From the NCBI GenBank assembly GCA_002269645.1, contig NIVC01000944.1, forward strand, positions 186,001-250,000: a stretch of 64,000 nucleotides of DNA, read 5' to 3'. Made by a program: the position numbers and the translations under genes. Positions 1 to 41,030 of the stretch are shown here, one piece after another; the first letter of the stretch is position 1, and each line of letters starts with the position of its first letter. Source of the stretch: Macrostomum lignano (Eukaryota). The notes under the pieces are model-generated. The model searched no databases, was not told the DNA's origin, and was given only the letters and a program-made list of their open reading frames with translations.

Positions 1-215
1 TGCTCTGCAGATCCGATTCTCCCGCCTTGTAACCTTGGGGAGATTCTGTCAAGGATGGAGTCTTTTGTCACGCATGCTTGCAATCCGTGCAATTTCGACT
101 GACTTCTGCCGTCCATTAAGCTTTGCTGTGTATTTGAGTCAATAGATTTTAACCAAAAACCATCAACTGCGAAAACACTAAAATCGTCACATGTCATTCT
201 AACTTTAACTTTAAG

Positions 216-27622
<27,407 letters not shown>

Positions 27623-30562
27623 GTGAGTAATTGAAACTCTGGCATGCCGTAATTATTGATATTCCTCTGTAGGCTTGTGTACATTTTTGCGAAAAGGAAA
27701 AATGTATTTAAAATAAAATGTACATGTACTTGTCAATCAGTTTCAACATTCATGCATCATGGCTGCATGGACCATCAGAAATCATGCTATGGTAGGTAAG
27801 TTACCAGGTAAGGGGCATGGTATCAATTGAACTACGCTCGTACTTGCCGGTGCTTCATGATCAGTGTATTTTTGCTGTCAATTTAAAATTGCGCAGGTTA
27901 AAACGTGTCTGGTGCTATTTTAACAAATGCTCAATGGCTGTACGTATCTCTATGCATTCTTTGTCTCCATGATAACAGTTTTTGTTTACGCCTTTAATTT
28001 ACGATTGATATTTCACTAGAATTCAATCGGAATCACAATTAAGTTTTAATTTATGTTACCCGGTAATATCTGTCATATTACATGCGTCTGTCACACGACG
28101 ACTTGGTCCTTTATTTTGAAGTGTGGTAAAAACAGGCTTTGAAATGAATTGATGAATTCGAGTTTTTTATTGTTCCTTGAAGTTTTTATCCTCTTTACAC
28201 TTCTGGTCTATACAAGTATGCTTCTACCGCGTTTTATCCATATTTCGTTCGTACAGGTTTTGAGAAATCTAGACTTGGAAATGCTAGCCGTGTTCAATTG
28301 CTCTGAATCTTTTAATTTTCCTGCGTGAGGCTTCTTTTGGGGAGTGTCACGCTGCATGTTCCTACATAATGTTTTTCCAGTTGTTGTATTTGTCCCTAGC
28401 CCGATTTTTTCATGGTAAAGTCCAAGTAAAAAATAAAAATATACATCTTTTGTTTTAGTTAACACAACTGTTACACATGCATGTACATGTGTACATGTAT
28501 TGCACTTTTGATAGCCTCCAATTTCTAAATTCCTTTTTTAATCATAATTTGACTAAAGTTTGTGAATAAACCTAGGGCAGAACGCGAATTTTCCATTGTC
28601 AACCCTGAAGCTTAGAAGGTTAGATATAACTTAGTGCAAGCAACCTAAAAGTTAAATATTCCTATCTCGAAATCATCCTTTGCGGTGAAAATCCTCGCAT
28701 CTAATAGACAAATTAGAGAGAAATTAGACTAGCTGAGGCGAACAACCGTGCTGAATCTCAAAGCGCAGGTTCCCTGCCAAGCAGCCGGTTGACGACAACA
28801 AACACGAAGTACTATACGTTCCTCTTTGGGTGAAATCTGCACTGCATCGTAGCATGCTAGCTGTGTATATTTCTATACTGATACGCGAATATCCTAAGCA
28901 AATGCCTAATTTTAAAGAGTTAGAAATAGTCATGTAGAAGCACTTTTGAAGCTGACCTTGCTTCTTAATGAACGTATGTGGGAACAACATGTACAGTACA
29001 CATCTAATTAATAAATATGACGTTTGTGCGCCAATGAAATTCTATCTTGTTTTCTTTATGAAAGTTAAAAACACGATAAATTGTTTGCATGTACATTCTT
29101 TGCATGTCCAACCTGTCCGTCCCGTCACATTTTACTGCATTTGTTTATATGAACAACAGGTTAAAAACAATTTAAATCAAATAACTTTGCTCATCGCAGG
29201 TCGCGCGGCGCGCGAATTTGCGGATCTCGGAGCCATAGCTGCAGAGTTGTCTTGCTGGTGTTGCAGTGGCCTAGTAAAAAATCAATATCTGTGAACCGTT
29301 CTTCACCCGCTGAATCAATATGAGGACTACAAGATGTAAGTATCATTCCAGTTCCAGTTATATTAATAATATATCAGAATAAATGGAGGTGTAAAGTTAA
29401 AAGTTATTAAGAAAAAGTTAACCTGCCTAGATTCTATTGACTTTTCTCCAAAATACTTATTTAGTGGGATTCCTTGTGAATTCTTGGAATTAAGAGTCGA
29501 ACAAACTATATTCTAAGGCTTTCAATTTTGCCTTCACAAACTTGTTTCTAGGTTATTAAAATTTTGGGTAAAGTTAAAAATGTAGAAAGTAAGCAATTTT
29601 ACCTTATCCTCTGCAATAATTGTTTTTTATGACAATGAAACACCTATATCTAGCTAGCTTTTTGCTATATAGCTTTGGTCTGTGTGGGATTTGAATCTTT
29701 TCTCTCTGTAGGCCTAGAATCCTAATGTCCAATAAGCCTCGATTTTTAGCCAAGCTTTTTGAGTCAAGTATGAGCCAGACTCCAGATGGTATACATGTAC
29801 GCCAGAATTTTCTGGCATACAGAAGGACCTAGATTACACATTGGCATACAACTTGGCATACAAAGGGGCCTGGCATGCCCTCTTGGTGTACAGCTTAACA
29901 TATAGAGATTGCTGAGACCAGCAGGTAGGACCAAAGGTTCTGAGTCCCAACAATCAATCTACAGGGTGCGGACGGTAAATTGGCAGCAGTTTTAACCATA
30001 AACAACTTTGCTCCTATATAACCCACAGGCACCAAACTTTACACAGTTATTCTTTATGCAATCAAAATTTACAGCTATATGAGTTAGATCTTATTACACT
30101 AGCGATGTCAAAGGAATACGATACAAGAGCTACTATCATATCAGGACTGCGCGCCGGAAGGTCAGCTAGAGAGATTGTGCAATTCCACAACATCCACAAT
30201 ATTTTTGTATGCAATAAAAAGTTTGTTGGCCCTCGAAGCGTACATTGAAATGCATAAACTACAGAAGCAATTTTTGTTCCAGCGTACAGCAGTACATGAT
30301 CCTGACTTTGGAGTATGAGGGGTATTTCAAAAGTAACAAGAATGTTGTTATAACTTTTGAGTGGATGAACATATGAACCTCAAAACCTGAAATTTTTACA
30401 CAACATTTTTACTAGTAATGGATCCAAATATTTGGATTTGGAATCCAAATCCAAAAAAGTCTCACTTTTTAGAAATATGATTATGAATGTTTTGGATTTG
30501 GAAATTTTATTTTCTAAATATTTCCAAATGTGCTTCTGAAAATGAAAAAAAATCTAGAAACC

Positions 30563-30862
30563 CATACATGCGCAACAGTTGGCTGAGTTGGCCGATTCGG
30601 CCAACCAATTTGGTGGCCAACCAAGGAAGTCACAAAAATGCCCACCCAAAAAAATAACAAAGTGGTAGTACTAAGTAGCTGACAAGGCATTTTGGCTTAA
30701 TAAGACAGTCATAGTTACTCCTGCCGTTTACCCAAAGTTGCGTTAATTTTGCTCTAGGGCTTTTTTTACATCTAAGTCGCATTTTTGGCCAAAAACTACG
30801 TCGCATTTTTGTTAAAAACTAAGTCACATGGCTGACCGAATTTCGGAGGTTGTGCATGTATG
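30563..30862. mobile_element. 300-bp MITE (CAT...ATG termini, 8-bp TSD; P- or hAT-like)
   Basis: TIR CATACATGCGCAAC / GTTGTGCATGTATG (13/14); flanks TAGAAACC and AAGAAACC (7/8). Confidence 0.7.
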
Positions 30863-31372
30863 AAGAAACCTAAATGGATCCAGGACTATTTATTTGCCAT
30901 ACTATTTGTCTGCCCTAGGCAAATGGCTAATAGACTATTTGTCTGCCAGTGCTAAATAGTAGATGTGATAACCAACATAGTTTCTGGACACTTCGGTGAC
31001 AAGATGCTTTGGGCCTTGGCTATAGATGTTTCAGCAACAAATCATATCGGCAACAGACATTGTGGTAACTTATAGCATAGTAGAGTTCCTAACTTTGTTA
31101 TAGTCATTTTAATATATCACTACATGATCCAGCCTAGGTAGTAGTGTTGCCTTTAAATTCAAAAATATAATTGTTTGAAAAATATAGGTGGAAAATTTTT
31201 TATAATTTTCTTGCTTATTAGCGCAGCATCTCTTGAATTTTTTTAAAAACTTTTTAATTTGCACTGTTTGTCTATCTGCAAGTTGTCTGCCTCGCCTCCT
31301 ACCTAAATGCCATAGTCTGGAAGAGGGGTAGTACGCTGGATTAATCTGGCGTACACTCACAACTTTTGGCAT

Positions 31373-33324
31373 CCCGCCTAGCTGTCGTAATCCGGTTTTC
31401 ATCTGGAGCGACGTCCGGAATTTCATCCGGTACGTAATACAAATGTCCCATTTAAAAACCGGATGAGAGCCGGATGAAAAGTTTACAAACCGGATGAAAA
31501 CATGCATATTTGACCTTTTATCTGGGTATTCAACCAACATTAGTCTGGAAATTCATCCGGGAAGCTATCCGGAAAGCCGCGGAGAACAGGGCGGAGCAAA
31601 TTCCGGAGCGAATCCGGACAAAATGTATGCACGCCTCCACCGGATGAGAAACTGGACAAAATTCTAGATGAATGCCAGATCAAATGTATGCATATGTCTA
31701 CCGGATGGTAAAGCAGATGACATGTTAAAGAACTAAGTAAGGTTGACAACAAGACAAATCTTTTGAAAACGTAAGAAAATAAATTGCTGGAAACACTTCA
31801 AAGAAAGCAAGGTATATTGCACTTGCACAGAGGGTGGCCAACCTCTAATTCACTGTGCTGGATAGAGTAGTGGAAGCTGAATATATTGAAACCGAAGATA
31901 ATTGTTAAAGTTGCGTGTTGCTAAAAATGCAAATACATAAGACATGCTTGAGTCAAAAATAGAATGGCAAAACCTCACATTGGGTGGACAAATCAGGAGA
32001 AATGGAGAATAAGACGACACACTGTCTTTTGGGCGGCTACAAATTAGTACCAGGCAGAAAAACTAGAAATTTCACAGAAGAAAAACTTCCAGCTACACGA
32101 AGAAACAGGCGCAGAAAAAAAAACTCACTTATAAAATTGGGACAACAGAAAAAATAGCGACATATACATTTTTCCATACTGGGAGTGAAACAGAAAGTGT
32201 CAACAGAAAACCAGAAACGCAGACCCGAGGGCGATATTACCTATCTGCAGAACAGTGATTACTGTACACGTTAGTAACGTTAAATAATGTTACTGTTCTA
32301 AAACACCCACCATGATGTACAGATTGCAGGCAATGGGTACATCGTGCACTTTACATACTGCAGAATTTTTGAGGAATTTTTGTCCTCATGATATGCTACT
32401 GTCTAATCGAGCACGTGCTCTTAAGACCCCTAGGCGCTACATATTTGATTCGTGACCAATAGACCAAAACACAGCAGCTACTTAAATGAAGAAAAAGTGA
32501 AAAACATTCACTATAGCAATTTTGCCAATGCTTACTTATTGTCCAAATAGCAATTCTCGTTTTAATTCATTCCAGCTAATTAAAGCAGCACATTTTCATC
32601 TTAAATCGACATCATCATCAATCATACGTTGTAGGGATGGATTGAAACAGTATTACCCTATTTGTCTGGGCTAGTGGCCTTCCTTGCTACTGCCAGTTGC
32701 TTTCCACCCAGGTAGAAAATATAAAAACACAAGAAAAAGCTAAATTAGGCTGTTTATTTAAGTTTAACAGAGAAAAGGGATGACTTCTTAAAGAAAAACA
32801 CAATAACACAGCTATTTTAAAAAAGCACAGAAAAACACAAATAACACAGCAGTGGTCACACTGGTCACTCATTACATATTTCTTTACCTAATAACAACTC
32901 AATGCGGTCTTGCGAATTACATACTCATAAAAAATCCAAGTCCCCTTTCCAAACTCGGTATTTCATCCGGACTTCTTCCATTTCGTGCATCGGTCTTTAT
33001 CTGGCTTTTGGCGGGTCAATGGACGGATGTAAAACCGGACGAAATTCGGACCAAAGTATGCTTTCTTCCGGTTTTCATCCAGTTTTCAATCCAGCTGATT
33101 GTTCAAGTTTAATCGACAAGTCAACCGGATCAAAAACCGGATGAAAAGAGTCACAAAGAGAACTCTTTCATCCGGCTTTACTCCGGATTTCGGCCCGGTT
33201 TTTGGTCCGGAAACAAAAACCAGATCAAAACCGGATCAACATCTTTTTGGTCCGGAAACACCCCCCTAAAACGGGTTAAACCGGACGAGGCCGGATGAAA
33301 ACCAGATTACGACAGCCAGGCAGG
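31373..33324. mobile_element. ~1.95-kb non-autonomous CMC/EnSpm-like element with CC termini, 2-bp AT TSD and CCGG-rich subterminal repeats
   Basis: TIR CCCGCCTAGCTGTCGTAATCCGGTTTTCATC vs GATGAAAACCAGATTACGACAGCCAGGCAGG; many (TC)ATCCGG / CCGGAT(GA) motifs near both ends; AT on both flanks. Confidence 0.75.
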
Positions 33325-35660
33325 ATACACTTGGTGTACAATTTTTTACTTTTTGAAATCTGGCATATAAAAATGCTTATTCAAAAAGTGGCGTACATGT
33401 TCTTGCAGTTGCGGAATCAAATCAAGTAGTCTAAGAAAAAAGTGCATATGTAGTTAATAGAATCACACAAAAGAGTTTGTGAAAAGTACAAAAAACATAA
33501 AAACAAGTTCATTTTAAGTGTAAATTTCAAGGCTTCCAGGTTTTGAGAGCTCATAATAGAAAATTTAAACAAATCTTTGTGTGTATTAAGTTTCCCCTAT
33601 AAATAATATCAAGAAAAAAGCAAAAGTATCAATTATATTATTAGCTCAAAGGGTTACTTTTGCAATTTAAGAGAATAACATACATTGTTGCAACATAAAA
33701 AAGGTCATTTATTGTCGCAACACCGGGGTAGATTTGAGAGTGGGTGTGCACTTAAACTTTGGCATACACTGGCATACCAAAAAAATTGAGAGAGATTTTA
33801 GTCCGGTGTACATTTAGGGTATTCCGAACCATGGCCTAAATGGGCTACTTCTCATAAAAGCCCACTCTTTTTGCTTTCTATGGGCAAAGTTGCTTAGGAA
33901 TAATCTTGCAATTTGAGTTGCACAATACTACTAATTGAAGTTACAATTTCTGATTGATGTGGCCATAGATTATTTTGTGAAAATGGCTCAATTTTTTCCA
34001 ACTAAGACTAGGCATATGGAACATCCAAAAAAAGTTATCAAGATTCTAAGAGGCCAAGAGTGAATCAACAAACTGGTACATCACTACAAGAAGTTTATCT
34101 AGATAAATGGCAGCTTTGTAGAGCTTGCTAAAATAACTGGAAGAAATAGACAATGGTACAGATTTTTGACTTGATGAACATGTTTAAACTTGGTTATTTT
34201 GCCATAGACTAAAGTGTAATTTTAACTTTTGAAGTATAGACTTTCCTTTACAGTTATATAAGTTGTATGTAACTATATAAAACTTAAAATAAAGCTATTA
34301 GTTGTCCATATATATGTAATTTTTTGGTAAAAATTTCAGGTTCATACATTCATCCAGTCAAAAGTTTTGACAAAATTTTTGTTACTTTTGAAACACCCTT
34401 TGTAGTAAAAAATTTTGGGTATAGTCAAAATCATCATATTCTAGATTGTTTTATGATGATGATGACTTAGCCAATCTGTAAGACTTTAACATTTAAATAT
34501 AATGAATTTTTCAACTTTCATGGAAATGAAACCCAATTAAACAAAGTAACATAGGACCCTAGAATACAATGAAACATATTCTTATAATAGCTAAGGATTA
34601 AGGAATAATCTTGACTAAAGTTGAAAAAAATATATCTGCTTGTAATTATAGTTATCAAACCATTACAACATAATATTTCTCTTATTTCTAGGTAAACCTT
34701 TAGTATTCAGTTAGACTAATAATTTTAATATAAGAGTTATTCCAAAGCATTATATCTTTTAAGCAGCTAGTATAAATGTAATTTAAAGTTAAAAATCATT
34801 TTTTTGGCAAACTTTGCCAAAAGTTTTGGCAAACTTAGTTGCTACTATGAGAGCTGAGATCCTTGTGCAGTCAATAAAACATACATGTAATTATGGCAAT
34901 TTAGTGAATGCAGCATTGTCCAATGTTAAGACAATGACAATTTATATAATTTAGTTGTTTTTTTGTTAACCCACATATGATAATCTCAAATATGACAATT
35001 TCAGCTGGAGCCCAAATTTTGAGTACTTTAGTCAAGCTTAAATAGTTTTTATTTGGCTATTCTTAGACTATATTGGTATAATAAATTATATGTTACATAA
35101 CAGCTATATAATCTGTAAGTTAAGCCTGTCATAGTCAAGGGGCATAACATGCATCATAACTGGCCAATCAGTTTTTACCAACATTAAAACCGATTTTAAA
35201 ATGAATTAGGGTTACTTTGGTAACAGTCAGTTTGGTGACAACCATTTCAGTAATAAGTTACTTTGGTGCCACATATGTGAACATGCATGGAGCATTCTGT
35301 ATTCACTTCATTGTCCATAATTATTCATACATTTTTATTTGTTTATAAAGGTAATTTATAAGCATGTATGCACTCAGATGAATCTAACTGACCAAACACT
35401 AGCTTGAATATCAGGGAAGAAACAGGCGTATCCAAAAACTCAGGATCTGAAAATTTAGAGTATCAGCACACTATACTCATTAGTAATATTTTGCATGTCA
35501 TTTGCAGTTGTCAACTTGCAAATCAGAAATTTGTTAATCCAGACAGATTCATAATCAGCTTTAAGATTTGCAATTAATTGAGCTTCCTATCACTAGCTTC
35601 CTTTGTGCATATAAATTTACTACTTTCAGTAGTTTTGAATCCCCACCCAATGCATTGCAG

Positions 35661-38600
35661 TCAAAGTGCGCAACGAGAATGCCAGCCAGCTGGTGCCGCA
35701 GCAGAAGCAGCACGGGGCCATCGCTGGCCGGCCCGCTGCTGCCAAGCGCAATCCTCTGGCTGAAATCCGACCGCGCCCCCTGCAGCAACAGAAAAGCAAA
35801 GAAGAGCCGGGGCGCGATGCCTGCGAGCTGCAGGGCATGGAGATTGACGAGGAGCAGCCGCAGCAACTGAGCATGGCCATTGAGCAGCCTGAGACCGATT
35901 TTCACGCACCCCTGCTGGCCCAGCTGCCCAAGGTTTTTGTCTTTACCGATGCTCTCCTTAGTAGATGCATTCCAGAGTGACTAGATGCATTCCAGAGTGA
36001 CTAGATGCATTCCAGAGTGACTAGATGCATTGCAGAATGACAAGACGCAATGCAGAATGACTAGATGTAATGCAGAGTGACTAGATGCATTCCAGAGTGA
36101 CTGGATGTATTTGAGAGTGACTAGATGCATTTCAGAGCGACTAGATGCATTTCAGAGTGACTAAATGAATTCCAGAGTGACTAAATGCATTTCAGAGTGA
36201 CTAGATGTATTACAGATTGACTAGATGCATTACAGAGTGACTAGATGCATTACAGATTGACTAGATGCATTCCAGGGTGACTAGATGCACTCCAGAGTGA
36301 CTAGATGCATTACAGATTGACTAGATGCATTACAGATTGACTAGATGCATTACAGATTGACTAGATGCATTACAGATTTACTAGATGCATTTCAGAGTGA
36401 CTAAATGCATTCCAGAGTGACTAAATGCATTCCAAAGAGACCTAGATGCATTCCAGAGTGACTAGATGCATTTCAGAGTGACTAAATGCATTTCAGAGTG
36501 ACTAGATGCACTCCAGAGTGACTAGATGCATTTCAGAGTGACTAAATGAATTCCAGAGTGACTAGATGCATTTCAGAGTGACTAGATGCACTCTAGAGTG
36601 ACTAGATGCATTTCAGAGTGACTAGATGCACTCCAGAGTGACTAGATGCATTGCAGTGACCAGATATTGCAGAGCCGTAGTGACCAGAGCACACAGATTC
36701 CGCAGCTCATTCTTGGTACCCAACTCCCCGCCGCTCAGATCGTGGACGTGGACACGGCGGACGAGAGCCGCCTGGACGCTCAGATGGTGTCGTGCTATGT
36801 CAAGGAGATTTTCTCTTACCTGCAGTCGCTGGAGGGCACGCAGCGAGTGAGGCGGGACTATCTGTGCCAGCCCGTGAAGCTGGAGATCACGCCCAGGATG
36901 CACCGGATTCTGTTCGACTGGCTTGTGCAGGCAAGTGGATTTTTAAACTTGACGATGCGAACCCGGAAATCAGACGTTTTAACAAATTTTATCCTTGTTT
37001 CAAGCAAAATAATAAATAAGGAGATCCGATCTTGATCGAAATCGGTTGTCCAGTTGCCAAGGATCCCCGAATCTGCCTACAGCGCAGCTCCAAACCAACC
37101 GCATAACCAGGTGCACCACCGGTTCGGCCTGCTGCCGGAGACCCTGTACCTGGCGCTGCACATCATCGACTACTACATGACCCAGGAGGGCCAGTCAGTC
37201 GGCAAGGACAACTACCAGCTGCTGGGCGTCTCCGCCCTGTTCCTGGCCGCCAAGGTAGAGGAGATCTATCCGCCCTACATCCAGGATCTGGTTAATCTGA
37301 CTGAGAACACCTGCCAGGGTGAGGCTGCGACCGCCGAGCCGGGGGAGAGGGTTGTCTGAGTTCAATGAGCTCAGTGCCTTTGGTGTCACAGCTGTCAGTG
37401 GGGGCTCATTGTGAAGGATCATGAGGGCCACAGCTGTCAGTGAGGGCTCATTGTGTAGGATCATGAGGGCCACAGCTGTCAGTGAGGGCTCATTGTGTAG
37501 GATCATGAGGGCCACAGCTGTCAGTGGGGGCTCATTGTGAAGGATCATGAGGGCAATTTCTCCCATTGTTTGCCACACTGCCGAACTCCCGCAGACTCGC
37601 AAATCCGCAAGATGGAGCGCCGGCTGCTGGCCGGCTTGGACTTCTTCTTCGGCTACCCGCAGCCGATTCTGTTCCTGCGCCGCTACAGCCGCGTCTCCGG
37701 CGCCACCGCCGAGGTGCACGACTGCGCCAAGTTCATCGCCGAGCTGGCCCGCTGCACCTACGACTCCGCCCACCTGCCTCCGTCGCTGCTGGCCGCTGCC
37801 GCCTTCTGCCTGGCCGTTGAGCTGCTAGCCGGCTACGGCCGCATCTGCGCCCAGCCGCAGTCCTGGCTGCCCGAGCTGGAGGTGTTCAGCGGCTACCTGA
37901 AGGCCGACCTGCTGCCAGCACTGCGGCTCCTGGCCAAGGCTGTGCTGGGGGCCTACTCGGATAAGAACAGGTGAGTGCTGGCTGTAGGGCCTTTAGGATT
38001 GTTAAGGACATCTATGTTCATTGTGTCAGGGCTTCATGCATGGTGTCAGGGCTTTAGACATTGTGTCACGGATCCATGCATGGTGTCAGGGCTTCAGGAA
38101 TTGTGTCAAGGATTGATGCATTGTCAGGGCTTCAAGAATTGTGTCAAGGATTGATGCATTGTCAGGGCTTCAGGAATTGTGTCAGGGATTGATGCACTGT
38201 GTCAGGGCTTCAAGCATGGTGTCACGGCTTCAGGCATTATGTCAGGGCTTCAGACATGGTGTCAGGGCTTCAGGAATTGTGTCAGGGCTTCAGGCATTGT
38301 GTCAGGGCTTCAGGCATTGTGTCAGGGCTTCAGGCATTGTGTCAGAGCCTTAGGCATTGTGTCAGGGCTTCAGACATGGTGTCAGGGCTTCAGGCATTGT
38401 GTCAGAGCCTTAGGCATTGTGTCAGGGCTTCAGGCATGGTGTCAGAGCTTCAGGCGTGGTGTCAGGGCTTCAGGCATTGTGTCAGCCTGTCAGGGCTTCA
38501 GGCATGGTATCAGGGCTTCAGGCATTATGTCAGGGCTTCAGGCATTATGTCAGGGCTTCAGACATGGTGTCAGGGCTTCAGGCATGGTATCAGGGCTTCA

Positions 38601-39127
38601 GGCATTATGTCAGGGCTTCAGACATGGTGTCAGGGCTTCAGGCATTGTGTCAGGGCTTCAGGCATGGTGTCAGGGCTTCAGGCATTGTGTCAGGGCTTCA
38701 GGCATGGTGTCAGAGCTTCAGGCGTGGTGTCAGGGCTTCAGGCATTGTGTCAGCCTGTCAGGGCCTCAGGCATGGTGTCAGGGCTTCAGGCATTGTGTTA
38801 GGGCTTCATGAATTGTATCAGGGCTTTAAGAATTGTCTCAGGGCATCATGCATTGTGTCAGGGCATCATGCATTGTGTCAGGGCATCATGCATTGTGTCA
38901 GGGCTTCATGCATTGTGTCAGGGCTTCATGCATTGTGTCAGGGCTCAATATACAGATCTTGGCCAAGCCCTCAAAGCCAGCAATCAAGCGGCAGTCGCCA
39001 CCCTCCTCGGCCCCGCAGGTTCACAGCGGTGCGCAAGAAATACGAGAGCCGCTCCTTTCAGTCGGTGAGCCTGTACCCGGAGTTCGACCCGGCCAGCCCG
39101 GTGCTGCAGTCCTACTCCAGCTGCTGA
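35661..39127 (+). CDS. CycB: B-type (mitotic) cyclin; first coding exon not located
   Basis: Exons 35661-35932, 36697(or 36673)-36930, 37111-37318, 37595-37970, 39019-39127. D-box-like RNPLAEI; cyclin box RILFDWLVQ|VHHRFGLLPETLYL...QLLGVSALFLAAKVEEIYPP; QIRKMER...FGYPQPILFLRRYS; C-terminal AVRKKY...F.SVS. The subtype (B1/B2/B3-like) is not resolved. Confidence 0.9.
35962..36660 (+). repeat. 20-bp minisatellite (GACTAGATGCATTCCAGAGT) x~35 in a cyclin B intron
   Basis: Directly visible. Confidence 0.97.
37387..37553 (+). repeat. 42-bp tandem repeat x~4 in a cyclin B intron
   Basis: CACAGCTGTCAGTGAGGGCTCATTGTGTAGGATCATGAGGGC repeated. Confidence 0.93.
38019..38945 (+). repeat. 20-bp minisatellite (TGTGTCAGGGCTTCAGGCAT) x~46 in the last cyclin B intron
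   Basis: Directly visible; source of the spurious ORFs at 38141-39127. Confidence 0.97.
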
Positions 39128-39989
39128 ACTTTAATTTTTTATCAAATTCTAAAATAACTGTTGTACTCGCTTATCAAACAGCTTTTATTCAATTTATTTA
39201 TTCATTTCTCAGCGTCTCAATTACCGGAAATGCAGTGCAGTTTTATACTTTATTACTCTATACTCTATTTAAAAGTCTTATATTCTTAGCATTGATAATT
39301 ATTATGATTACAGGTGCTCCACCGGCAGTGCAGGTGTTACTCAGTGCATATTTCAGCAGGCAGTCAGTGTTGTGCCGCTCACTTAGCCCAAGCATGCTAT
39401 ATTACTGTCAGTAGGCACACTTATACATGGCATTATTTTTATGCATTTTTACAATCTCCGTCTATTATTAGTTAATTTTTAATTTACGCTTGTACTAATT
39501 ATTATTGCTCAGCCCGGACCGCTTTCCCTGGGGTAGCAGTTTCTTGTCTGCTGCAATTTTTTATTTTTCTCTGTAATTTCTCACTGCTCAACAATCCCCG
39601 TGTGCTCTCTGCTGATTTTTTATCTCTCTAGCGACTTTCGAAATGGCTGTCTTAACTTTCAGTAAAAATGTAATACTGTGCTCAAATAACCAAATAAATA
39701 TGCAAATTATTATTCGCTTAATTTTCGTCCGACTTGGCGTGGCAACAAAATTTTAGCCAAATCTTAAGAAGTGCCGGCGTTCGCTAGTTGGTTTTTGGGG
39801 CTGTGGGCGCTGGCGGCATAACGCTGGCACAGACGCACTCAGTGGCCGCTGCATGACGTGAATTCTTTCCAACTGACGCAGATAATTCAAATATCCTAAA
39901 GCAGGGAGCGGCAAACATTTTCACCTCAAGTTTGCCAAGGGAGACAGTAAAAAGTAAGTATTCGGATAAAATTTCTGTAAAAATCCTAA

Positions 39990-40646
39990 AGTCACTACCG
40001 AATACCGAAAGAGTAGTTTCCCGTTGAACTTTTCACCCGGAATTTTCTGATCTGGGCCCGATTTTTAGTTTATTTCCTGGTGAAGGCCCGGAACAGCCCC
40101 AGCTTTTTCCGGAAAGATGATCCGGGAAAAGAAAAGCTGTTCCGGTTGGAATTTCCGGAATTTTTCACCCGGAACACTACTGAATTCTGGGTGTAGACCC
40201 GAATTTCAGTAGGATTCCGGGTGAGATTTCGGGACTTCAGTCGGAATTCCTCAGTGATCCGGAGAATTCACCCGGATCAGCTCCCCTTGACCCGAATTTC
40301 AGCAATGTGAAAACTCCACTTCGGGGGTAAGACCCCCCCCCCCAAAGGCAGAGAGCTTGTATTTAATATAGCTGGCCAACAATAAAGGTTGTCTGACAAA
40401 GCGTAAGCCAATCACACGCGCGCGTGCAGGTGTACACCTGCACTGTACATTACACTGAGCGGAGCAACTGAGCAGACCCACGCTACCACAGTTCCAGGCG
40501 GAGCTGATCCGGGAAAATTTCGGGACTGCAGCCAGAATTCCTCAGTAATCCGGACAATTCTCCCGGATCAGGTCCCCTTGACCCAAATTTCAGCAAAGTT
40601 CCAGGCGGAGCTGATCCGGGAAAATTTCGGGACTTCAGTCGGAATC
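39990..40646. repeat. CCCGG/CCGGA-rich repeat region with a ~105-bp unit present about three times; probable DNA-transposon terminus
   Basis: GGGACTTCAGTCGGAATTCCTCAGTGATCCGG...CCCCTTGACCCGAATTTCAGCAA at 40231, variant at 40521, partial at about 40630. Confidence 0.6.
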
Positions 40647-40649
40647 AAT

Positions 40650-41030
40650 CAGGCATCCATTACAAGTACCATGGGGATTTTGAGAGGAAGCATCCAATGG
40701 AAAACCGCTGAATACAGACCCCAGCAAATGGTTATCCCATCAGGCAATCCCTGGCATCCGTTTGGTCAGCGGTGCTAATTCCTTGGAAAGCGAGGGGTAA
40801 TAAAATCTCGCTTTGATGAGGCAACTGATCTACTGTAGCGTCCGTAATGTGAGGCTGTGCCCATCCTCCGTACAGGTGACAATTGAAAAATTGTTGCGCC
40901 CTGATTATGTGCGAGAGGTTTGACTTCCACTGGCATGTAGTCTGTCACAGCTGCTTAGTGTGTCAACGGGCTGAATGATTCTATCATCACATTTGACGCT
41001 TAGAAGCATAAATCAGCCAACCATTTTGTT
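40650..41030 (-). pseudogene. Possible heavily degraded pogo/Tigger (DDE_1) transposase relic
   Basis: Minus-strand fragments in different frames: NGWLIYASKR, FSIVTCTEDGHSL, LPDGITICW, IPMVLVMDA. These recall pogo motifs in the expected order, with stops and frameshifts. Confidence 0.35.

Larger units (their letters stand above)
30316..34402. mobile_element. Probable Tc1/mariner-type non-autonomous element (~80-bp TIRs, TA flanks) containing nested insertions
   Basis: TA|TGAGGGGTATTTCAAAAGTAAC...GGATGAACATATGAACC (30316-30400) versus the reverse complement of 34322-34402 (TA|CAAAGGGTGTTTCAAAAGTAAC...GGATGAATGTATGAACC). Could alternatively be two independent short copies. Confidence 0.55.

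Noticed and set aside
27650-35500. Short ORFs in the AT-rich region as host genes or an intact transposase
   Set aside because: All are short, lack recognisable domains, and overlap TE termini or low-complexity DNA.
38141-39127. Cys-rich repetitive ORFs (CQGFRHCVRASG)
   Set aside because: Translation of the 20-bp intronic minisatellite; only 39019-39127 is the real cyclin exon.
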